A stretch of 64,000 nt of DNA, from assembly GCA_025558095.1 (NCBI GenBank), contig JAIVFI010000003.1, positions 620,001 through 684,000 of the forward strand, written 5' to 3'. Numbering within the stretch: position 1 is the stretch's first letter; each line of letters begins with the position of its first letter. The translations under genes were made by a program, and so were the position numbers. A model generated the notes under the pieces. That model ran no database searches. It was not told the DNA's origin and saw only the letters and a list, made by a program, of their open reading frames with translations. Below, piece after piece: positions 12,101 to 20,983 of this stretch. Source of the DNA: Hyaloraphidium curvatum SAG 235-1. Lineage: Eukaryota > Fungi > Monoblepharomycota.

Positions 12101-13466
12101 CGTCGGCTTCCACCTAGAGCACTCCTGCTCCGATACTAAGCGGATCGCAAGGTCTTTCGGTCCGTCGCCGCCTGCCGCTGGAGCGTGCAGACACCACCCG
12201 CTCTGGGAGCCCAAGATCTCGGAGTTCAAGCCGCCGGCGCCCGATTCGCGCCCCAACGACGCTGCAAAGGCGGAGAAGCACGCTCGGCGCAACGTCGAAC
12301 TGTTCCCGACCCCTGGCGGCTGCACGGACGAGTTTGGTGCCAAGCTGTGGGGCGAGGTCGCTGGTGCCGGCCGTGCGGGGACCCCGGCGCTGCCGGAGCT
12401 CATCCTCGGTGTTCCGGCCAAGCTCGACCGCCGCCTGTGCGGCTACGACAAGGCGGCCGCGCGTCTGAATGCCACCAAGCGGACCACCATGCTGGACGTC
12501 AACGATTGCGAGGGCAACCCTGTGCAGAAGTCTCTCCACGATTTCGAGCGCGACCTGCCCTCTCAACGCACAACGAACAGTGCAGCCTTCTCGGACTACA
12601 CGAGGGCGCTGCTGCCACAACTCGACCGCATCCTGGACGTCTACTGTTCCGGAGAACGGAGGTGGGCAAGCCAATCCCTGTGGCAACGACTTCGCTCACG
12701 CATCCTGCAGCCTGGATCGTGTGCGCACGATTCGCCGGCGCCGCGAGGTCCTCAGCTGGATCTGTCGCGACATGTGTCGCAACCCGTATTCGGGCAAGTA
12801 CGATCCACAGACGACCATCGCATACGGCGCCGCGCGATTCGGCCATGCGAGCAAGGGCGGCCCGGCCTCCCGGATCGTTCGCTTCAGGGCGGAGCTGGCC
12901 AAGGCCGGGATCATGGTCTTGGTCAACGAGTACCTCACGTCCCAAATGTGCAGCTGGTGCGGCAGCCGCCGTGATCATCCGACTCGCCTGACGTCCTTTC
13001 CAGCTGCAAGACCACCTATGTCGTCGGAATCCGGAACCCCGGCTCCAAGGGCGAGGTGCGCGGGGTGAAATACTGTCCCCTCTGCCGCCGCTTCTGGATG
13101 CGCGACGTGAACAGTGTGCACTCCATGGAGCACCTCTTCTGGTTCGGCCTCATCACCGGAGGGGAGCGCCCCTGGCCGTTCAGGCCGGACACCAGGAAGC
13201 CGAAGCCGCAGCCCAAGCTCCGAGCTGGGACTGGTGCAGCGCCGCGCAAGTCCGCGGGTGAGCGCGCTCGCATTCGCGACGGTCATCCCGAGCGTCATCC
13301 CGAGCTGATCCGGGAGCTCCAGGTGCCGCCACAGGCCGCAAGCGTACGGCCGCAAGCGCCGCGAATGGGTCGGTCAAGAAGCTCAAGCCGGCAAGCTGAC
13401 CTGGCCGCGGAAACAGTTACAAGTTGGCGTGCCATGCACCGCGTGGGCGCCATTGCATTTGCTTGA
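5094..13466 (+). CDS. Predicted spliced transposase-Fanzor fusion, ~2,697 aa; exons 5094-7409, 7467-8038, 8105-11034, 11095-12661, 12711-12956, 13004-13466
   Basis: Five GT..AG introns of 57, 66, 60, 49 and 47 nt, each with a CTGAY/CTCAC-type branch site. Each one removes the in-frame stop or frame change between consecutive ORFs (5094..7451, 7455..8042, 8064..11054, 11121..12974, 12469..13068, 13056..13466). Confidence 0.72.
11860..13190 (+). CDS. Fanzor (TnpB-family) RuvC nuclease and zinc-finger region, split by two introns
   Basis: RuvC-I VVDVDPNR (D at 11874); LPSQRTTNSAAFSDYTRALLPQLDRILDVY; TTIAYGAARF; RuvC-II LVNEYLTSQMCSCC (E at 12928); zinc finger ..VRGVKYCPLC; RuvC-III FWMRDVNS (D at 13104); C-terminal RPWPFR motif typical of Fanzor1. 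Confidence 0.92.
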
Positions 13467-13505
13467 TCGAGGTGGAGTCCGTCAGGGACCGCCTTTTATT
13501 CGCAG

Positions 13506-13578
13506 GCTCGATGATGAACATTGCTGCTAGGCCGCAAAGGATTGCGGCACAGGGGGCACAGTAGCAGTTTCTGAGAGT
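13506..13578 (+). ncRNA. Structured RNA candidate with box C/D motifs (omegaRNA scaffold or snoRNA)
   Basis: ATGATGA (13511-13517) and CTGA (13571-13574), closed by a GCTC/GAGT stem. Internal 9-bp stem 13520-13528/13560-13568 and a perfect 7-bp hairpin GCCGCAA-AGGA-TTGCGGC (13531-13548). Confidence 0.5.
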
Positions 13579-13600
13579 GTAGCTACCAACTTCCGCGTCA

Positions 13601-15582
13601 ATGGTAGCACTCCAGAGAGCGTTCCTGCCACTTCCACTGATGCATCGCACGCTATCTCACCCAGTCGAACGCGGAGGAGGGGTCGGTGGCGGACGAGGAG
13701 GAATGGAACGACTGGGAGCTGCCCCCGGAGCACGAGTTCCGGTTCGAGGTGGACTTTGGCGCGACCGTGTCCCTAAAGGTCGGTTTGGGCCCATTCTGGA
13801 AATCATGTGATCTGTGGAGCGGGGCGGAATGGCGACATGAGCGACCCCAGCCTCACGGAGCTCGTGGACTGTGGTGTGGGGCCGATCGTCCTGCACGGCG
13901 CCCCCAGGGAGGCCTTCGAGGACTTCAGGAACATCAATTCTTACTTGTGCTCTCTAATCTCTGTCTTCTCCTTGCAGCTCCGTTCCGGGAACGCCGAGAT
14001 TTTCGGGACCGAGATACCCGTGGACCGCGAGCTCGAGTTCTCGGGCCGCAAGCTGGCGGTCTTTACGTACCACGGATGCGTGCTTGCCGTCAAGGGCAAG
14101 CCCTCGGTGGAATATGTTGCCGACGAGACCCCGATGTCGAGCTACTTCAACACCCACCTGGCGCTGCAGCAGATCCGCGAGGCCGCTGCCGGGTCCGAGG
14201 GCCCGCGGGCAAGTCTGCGCCTTTCATGGCTTGTCACAGAGACTGACACTTAAGCCTGTCAGGTTATGGTGGTCGGCCCGTCAGACGTCGGCAAGAGCAC
14301 ATTGGCCCGCATCCTGCTCAACTATGCAGTGCGCAACGAGCAGGTGCCGTTGTTTGTCGATCTTGACACCAACGAGGTTCGATGTTCTGCTGCTTGATCG
14401 CCTTGTAGCTTACACCTTCTGTGAGCAGGGCTCCGTTTCGGTACCCGGCTGCCTTTCCGCGACCCCAATCACCCGGGTCATCGATCCCGAGGAGGACTTC
14501 TCCGCGTCCGCGGCAACCACTTCGCTTGCCCCCCTGGTGTTTTACTACGGGCAGACGACGCCGCTCGACAAGCCGAAGCTGTTCTCCCAGCAGATGACCG
14601 CCCTTGCTGACATCGTGCAAAAGAAGCTGGATGTCGACGCGGAAGGTTGGAAGCATTGGACTTTGGTGTGCCTGCCCGTGCTTGACGGATGTTCCTCTAC
14701 TCGCAGTGCGCACTGCAGGGCTGATAATCAACACGCCTAGCGAGTTTGCGGAAGCCTCGGGCAAGGACCTGCTCGCGCTCGCCATCAAGGAGTTCAAAGG
14801 TCGGTCCGATCGTCAATTTGGGAAGGGCCAGTGGTCGCTGATTACCATATGTGCTTAGTGAACGTCCTTTTGGTGATTGGCAACGAGCGCCTGCACAGCG
14901 AGCTTTCGCGCAAGTACAAGAAGGGCGTCTCCGTCGTCAAGCTGGCAAAGTCGGGCGGGGTGAGACATGCCAGTCCTGTTTCCCGTAAGGATTGCTCATT
15001 CGGCCGCCATGCTCAGGTTGTTTCGCGCGACAAGAACTTCCGAAAGCAGCTGCAGAACCGTTCTGTTCGAGAGTACTTCTACGGAACGGCCAAAGCCGAA
15101 CTGCTCCCCTACAGCACCAGCCTACCGTTTGTGGACACCGTCATCCGACGAATAGGGAATGGCGAGTGCGGACGATGGGCGCCAGTCCCTCGCTGACGTG
15201 CTTTTCCCGCCAGCCCCTTCGTACCTCTCGCTCGCAATGGAGCGCGAAAAGTACGAGTCTAGGATGATCAAGGTCGATCCCAGCGACATCCTGCTCAGCT
15301 TTGTCCTTGCCGTGTCGTCGGTCGATGCGCCGAGCACTGAGAAGCAAGGTGCGACCGCGGTGGACGAGGACGCCGAGAGCAAGCTACTCATTGAAGGACC
15401 TGTCATGGGCTTTGTCTACATGTGAGGATGCTGCGTTCAATCCCGTCTCTGTCCTGCTGCTGAAACCGCGCCGCAGATCCGAGGTAGTGACGAACCAATC
15501 TAGAATGAACGTTTTGATACCCTCGCCGGGCCGCTTGCCGCGGAAGTACATGATAATGGGCACCCTGACCTGGCGCGAATAG
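13601..15582 (+). CDS. CLP1: Polyribonucleotide 5'-hydroxyl kinase / mRNA cleavage factor Clp1 (spliced; first exon is the ATG alone)
   Basis: ATG|intron 13604-13664|[59 protein letters not shown]; Walker [14 protein letters not shown]; GLIINTP; VVKLAKSGG; REYFYG; PSPGRLP. Confidence 0.96.
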
Positions 15583-15819
15583 AATGCATGATTCTCCAAG
15601 CCATTTCGGCTTCAGCGTTGGAAGTGGGGTGATTTGGGGTGGTGCTGGAAAGCTGAGCCGAAGCACAGTCACCCCCCCGACCGACCGAAAGCCACACTAA
15701 TGATGCCCAAAAGCGGCACACCGGCCCGTGGGTCCACCCGAGCTTTTGCTTCATCAACGGCCACCCTCCTCGGTCCTCCCGCCTCCCTGTGCAGCGGCCC
15801 GTCCCTCGCCGGCTCAACG

Positions 15820-17834
15820 ATGAAGTTCCTGGCGGCTCTGTTTGCGGCTCTGTGCCTGGCCTCGGGCGCCCTCGCTGGTGAGCTTCGCGCACCTTTGCCG
15901 AGAGGCGTCCGGCCGGCGACGTTGCTGTCGAGGTCGAGGGAGGCCTGTCCGGCGCCGCGCTTGTCTCTTTCGGGCCCGGCGCGCCCAGATTGCTGACCCT
16001 CTCTTCGTCCTCCTCGATGCGCTCCGGTTCGCATGGGCACCGCGTCTCGAACACCTTCCGCCGCATTCGCATCCTCTGACACCCTGATTGCCACTCATTT
16101 CGACGCCGCGCGACTGCAGCACCGCAAGCGGGAGGTATCGTTAAGACCGGGGCGTCGTCGGTCGCTTCGACCGCCACCGTGGTGCCCACGGCCGGCTCGC
16201 TGGTCACCAAGCCCGGCGCCGTCCCGACCGTCACGGTTACGTCGACCCGCGTGGAGTACGTCACCATCCCTCAGGCCGTGCAGATCAAGAAGTGTGGGTG
16301 GTCCGAGGGCTGATCTCGCGGGCTGTTTCGTCCTCACCGTCGTTTCCCTCCCTTTCTCGCCATCCTTTCTTGCTATGCGACCTTCTTCCCCTCCAGACGA
16401 GACCGTGACCGTGCCTGCCACGGTGGTGCGTTCTACTTTTCTGCAGTCCGCGTTTTCGGTGCTGATCTCTGTGCATCAGACGGTCCCCGTGCCTCAGACC
16501 ATCCCGATCACGACGGTCGTCACGGTCAAGGTAATGCAGCGACTGCATCCGTCGACGATTATATTCCTAACATGTCGAATCTTTGCAGGTCGCCGTTCCC
16601 ACGACGAGTTGGTGCAACGAGAAGGACTTTTCCGCTCGATCTAATCGCATGCATCTGCAGTCTTTACGACCGTCACTGCCGCCAGCTTCGCGACTAGCGT
16701 ACGTTGCATCTCCCTTTTTGCTGGACGTGCTCCTCACGACGCTCGCCCGCCTCCAGGTCAGCACGGCGACTCTGACCGTGAAGGTCCCCACGACCGGTGC
16801 GTGCTCGCGCCACGGCTTCCTCGTTGCATCGGGGCTGACCTCATCCACCAGTCACGTCGTTCACGCCCGTCACCGTCGCTTCGGTCGCCTTCAGCACGGT
16901 GGCCAGCACGCAGATCCTGACTGCCGTCGGTGGGTCATTGCGACCGAGCGCGCCCGGCTGCTGATACTCCATCCCTGCAGTCACGATCACGTCCAAAGTC
17001 ATCTTCCCGACCCTCTCCGTCATCGTACGCATCGCAGAGACCGCGTGAGCCCGCAGATGCAGCCGCTGACCACCCCCTTCCCCTCCTCCGCAGACGGTGC
17101 CTTTGACAACCACGATCATCGCTCCCCAGCTCAACGTGATCACGACCTCGGTGGCCTCGACCAAGGACGTCGTCAAGACCGCGCAGACCCAGCTTCCGAC
17201 GATCCCCGGCGGGTGAGCCCGTGGCGCGTTGCACGGCAAAAGCACACGCACTCATGATGCTCTGCACTCCCAGCGGTGGCGCCACTACGGCCGCTCCCTC
17301 CGGCGCTCCGACCGGCGCTCCCACCGGTGCTCCGACTGGGTGAGCCCGATCGCCCCCGGAAGCACCGTCTCCCGCTCACCCCGCTTCCGCAGCGCCCCGA
17401 CCGGCGGTGCTTCCACTGGGTGAGCCCGAGCGCCCCGCACGCAGGGCTTCCGCGCGCTCACCATCCCGTTCCCGCAGCGCTACCGCGACCGGCGGCACCA
17501 TCCCTACCGGGTGAGCCCCGATCGCCCGCCCGGCGATCGGATCCCGACTGACGCGCGCGCGCCTTCCTTCCCAGCGCTCCCACTGGTGCTCCCACCGGCG
17601 CTCCCACCGGAACCGTCGGCGGGGCTAGCACGCTCGTCAAGGCTCCCGTTGGGTAAGCTCTCGATCGCTTGAAGCATGCCGTGCCGCTCTGACGATTCCT
17701 TCCCGCACAGTACCGCGACCCCTGGTGCCGGAGCCGGTGGCGCTGGAACCGGCAACGCGGGCGGTGCCGGAGGCTCCTCGGGAGCTGGCAGCTCGTCGGG
17801 TGCCGGCGCCGGCCAGTACGAGGGCCCTCAGTAA
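15820..17834 (+). CDS. Secreted Thr/Val/Gly-rich mucin-like surface protein built from many micro-exons
   Basis: Signal peptide MKFLAALFAALCLASGALA, then short exons such as TVTVPAT, TVPVPQTIPITTVVTVK, STATLTVKVPTT and APTGAPTGAPT separated by GT..AG introns. Ends GAGAGQYEGPQ*. The exact exon chain was not fully resolved. Confidence 0.7.
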
Positions 17835-18225
17835 GCAAGATCGGCTTGATCCGAAAAAGGGGGTTCGGACGGGGGAGATCGGGGGGTTGGCTGGCTTTTC
17901 TGAACTCTTGACATTGCTTGTTGCTTGACGCGGGCTGCGTGCTGTGCTCCATCTTTCTCCGGTGGTTAGGAAGGAACTTCTTTTGCGGGAGGCTGCGCGA
18001 GCCGGGGGGTTAGCGCGGCCATGTACCGCCTTTACCGTAATCGAAAAGCTAAAAAGCATGCGCAGAAGCCGTTGCGGGTCCGGAGTGCACGTCGAGAGCG
18101 GGAGGAGCTTGCGGAGCTTGCCTCATTCCATCCAAGGACAGGGCGCGTGCACCGGAAGGAGTAGCTGACCCAGAATGCAGAACTCAATTCATGTCCATCC
18201 AGCAATCATACAAATGCAATCTTCC

Positions 18226-20166
18226 TCAGAGTTCCCCGTGCGGGCCGTGCGCGGCGACGGCTTCGTGGTACCGGATCGGCCGGTAGTTGGTCTCGGGCGC
18301 GCGCCGCCCGAGCCGCGGCCAGTGCTGCCCGTTGGTCACGTCCGCGAGCTTGAGCGTGAGCGGCGCGAGGTCCAGGTCCAGGTACCGCGCCAGGCGCTCC
18401 CCGATCTCGGCGTTCTCCATGTTGCCGGCGAACGCCTCGGCGCCGGCGCCGTGGGCGTGCAGCACCACGTCCACGCCGCTGTGCCCGTGCGTGCTCCAGC
18501 CGACCAGCGAGCGCACCGCGACGATGTCCGAGGCGGCCCAGCCGAGGCGGACGGCGCCGTGGGACTTGTCGAGCAGGGTGCGCACCTCTGCGTCCGTGGC
18601 GTTGTGCACGCCGAGCCAGCCCTTGATGACCGTCTCGCGCACGAAGCGCTCGTCCTCGGCCGTGGCGGGGGAGGAGAGGCGCTCGGCGAGGAAGATGCCG
18701 ATGGCCTCGGACGAGTTTGTCACGCGCTCGACGACCTCGGGGTTCCACCTGTACTCGGAGATGTCGCCGACCTGGCGGCCGAGCGTCATGCCCCCGGTCT
18801 CGTGGTCCGCGACGACGACCATGAGCGTGTCGGGGTGGCTGTCGACGAAGGACTTGACGTAGGCGACGGTGTCCTCGAACTCGAGGATGTCGTGCACGTG
18901 GCCGGCGGCGTCGTTTACGTGGCCTGAATGAGCGGGTTAGCGGAAAGGCGGCGGCGCACATCGGCACGGCAACGTACCAGCCATGTCGATCCTGCTGCCT
19001 TCGATCATGACCATGAAACCCTTGCCGTCCGACGCGCTCCTGTTTGCCAGCAGGCCCAGCGCGCGCTCGGCCATCTCGCGCAGGCTCGGCTCGACGGCCG
19101 GGTCGCGGTCAATCTCGAACGACATGTGGTCCTTGTGGAACAGGCCCAGTACCGGCAGCTGCGACGCATCCCCGGGCGCGATGGCGTCGAAGCCGACGCG
19201 GTCCGTGGCCACCGTGTAGCCGTCGGCGACCGCCGCCCTGAGCAGGTCCTTGTCGTCGGCGCGGCACGAGACGGGGTCGGAGCGCGGCAGGAAGTGGCAC
19301 CTGCCGCCGCCCATGAGCACGTCCACGACGCGGCCGAAGGGGTACCCCGGGTAGCGGCCCAGCTGGAACTCTGCGATCGCGTTCTCCATGTCCCTGTGCA
19401 CGACGTGGGCCGAGAAGGCGGCCGGGGTGGCGTGTGTGATGCGCGAGGTGACGACCAGGCCGGTGGCCATGCCGCGCAGCTTGGCGGCCTCCATGATTGT
19501 GCCGAGAGCGCGGCCTGCGGGGTCGACGCCGATGGCGGCGTTGTACGTCTTCCTGCCCGTGGCGTAGGCCGTGGCGCCCGCGGCCGAGTCCGTGACGAAG
19601 GAGCTCGTCGAGCGCGTGCGGCACGATCCGACGGCGATCGAGTCGAGTGCCAGCGTGAGCGACGAGTCGTTTGCGCGGCGCTGCGCCAGCTCGCGGGCGA
19701 GCGTGCCGCTGGCGGGGCCGAAGCCGTCGGGGATCATGACGATGAGGCTGCGCGGCGCGCCGGGCGGGGGCGCGGGGGCGGGGGCGCAGGGCGGCGGGGG
19801 CCGCAGGGCGGCGGCGAGCGCGGCCAGCGCGGTGAGCAGCGCGGCCGCCGACAGCGCGAGCGCGGCGGGGCCGAGCCACCGGCGGGGCGGGCGCGGGCCC
19901 CCCGCAGGGAGCGTGCCGCCCAGCTCGACGTCGTCGGCCGAGTCGGCGTCGCCGTCGTGGCCCGCGAGCGCCGCCGCCGCCGCCTTGAGCGGCACGTCCT
20001 CCGATGCGCGCGGCGCCGAGCCGCCCGACTCCCGCGGCCGGCCCGGCGGCGACGGCGACCCCGCGGCCGTCCGCGACGTGCCCTCGGACGAGGACCGCGG
20101 CGAGGGCGGGCCGTCCATGTCCTCAACTGTTTGTGGGATGCGCTTGGTCCGCCCAGCCATCATCAC
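18226..20166 (-). CDS. PHO8: Alkaline phosphatase, Pho8-like type II membrane protein (one intron near 18925-18978; start could be at 20119)
   Basis: TM helix, SLIVMIPDGFG, active-site VTDSAAGATAYATG, THATPAAF, MIEGSRIDMA/GHVND, VVADHETGG and GHSGVDV. Confidence 0.95.
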
Positions 20167-20488
20167 CTCGAGTCACGCGAGTTCGGGCGTTGCACAGGGG
20201 CCGCTCGGAGCCCGAGGCGGACCAAGAGTTCGGCAAATGCATCCAGGTGGTGCATAGAGGTGGATGGCGTGGACTGCACGCGGAAACGGGTATGCCGGCA
20301 GCCGGAGTGGTATCGAGCACACGATCGGAAGCCATCCCGGCAAGCACCTCAGATTCCATCAATAGAGGCCAAGCACGAGACGCAGCTAGGTCGTCAACAC
20401 ATGACCATTCCGTTCCTGTCCGGATCGTTGTCGTCAGCAGCTGCGCAGTCGCCGGGACCACCTGATCCCACCTCCCGCCCGTACCCCT

Positions 20489-20821
20489 TCAAGACTTGCC
20501 CCCCGACAGCGAGTGAGACTCGACAAAATCGTTCACCTCCTTCTTGGCACCCTCGAGCGCCTCCTTGGCCTTCTCGCTCCCCTCCTTGGCCATCTCCGTC
20601 GCGGCGTGCGCGGCCTCGTTGGCTTGCTCCTTCCGCGCCGTCATGTCCTGTTCGGCACCGCCAGTAAGCCACCGAAATGGTCGTAACACAGCGAGACCGC
20701 CCACCGAGCCGAGCGTGTTGCCCAGGGACTCGGCAAACGTCGAGCCGGGCGGGGCCGTGCCCTCGGGGCGCTTCTCGTCCGCCGACCCGCCGCCGAGCAC
20801 AGAGCGAAGTAGCGAGGCCAT
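20489..20821 (-). CDS. Small hydrophilic (LEA/hydrophilin-like) protein, probably spliced; 3' end uncertain
   Basis: MASLLRSVLGGGSADEK.. and the A/E/K-rich helix ARKEQANEAAHAATEMAKEGSEKAKEALEGAKKE, with intron-like segments in between. Confidence 0.45.
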   Translation of the reverse strand: MASLLRSVLGGGSADEKRPEGTAPPGSTFAESLGNTLGSVGGLAVLRPFRWLTGGAEQDMTARKEQANEAAHAATEMAKEGSEKAKEALEGAKKEVNDFVESHSLSGGKS

Positions 20822-20983
20822 TTTCGTTTCGGGGATGTGCGGTAGCGGGGAATTGGGGTGCGGACGGCGTTGGTTGTGCGGGAGTGAAGTGGCGCTGACG
20901 TGGCGGCGCGGGCTTCGAGGTAATCACGACGCAAACAAATGAACATCAGATTGCGGTGACAAGTAGATGAGCACTTTGGATGA

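Larger units (their letters stand above)
4843..13579 (+). mobile_element. IS630/Tc1-mariner-type DNA transposon carrying a Fanzor nuclease (ends tentative)
   Basis: DDE transposase at the 5' side and Fanzor RuvC/zinc finger at the 3' side, sitting in the RPS21-CLP1 divergent intergenic region. Candidate ends are TA|CGCACTGAGAAA (4841-4854) and TTTCTGAGAGTG|TA (13568-13581), an 11/14 inverted match. The element is well supported; the exact boundaries are not. Confidence 0.8.

Noticed and set aside
6957-12113. Long antisense ORFs in the element (6957..8423, 10524..12113) and similar shadow ORFs elsewhere (18928..20667, 21488..23464, 52441..54090)
   Set aside because: Expected stop-poor shadow frames of GC-rich coding sequence, with no recognisable motifs.
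12469-13068. Interpreting the Fanzor as a frameshifted pseudogene
   Set aside because: Both frame changes coincide exactly with canonical GT..branch..CAG introns whose removal restores conserved motifs.
4986-13397. 10-nt inverted match AGCTTGCCGG (~4986) / CCGGCAAGCT (~13388) as a terminal inverted repeat
   Set aside because: The right copy lies inside the Fanzor ORF, has no flanking TA and does not extend; plausible by chance in GC-rich DNA.
13431-13442. GCCATGCACCGC, complementary to a conserved 18S rRNA segment, plus a vague U8/U13-like leader before the C box
   Set aside because: It lies upstream of the C box and within the ORF, and the diagnostic U3/U8/U13/U14 motifs are absent, so a known snoRNA cannot be assigned.
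13779-13977. Long CLP1 intron (and the ~235-nt first TIM17 intron) as snoRNA hosts
   Set aside because: No convincing C/D or H/ACA boxes or stems were seen.
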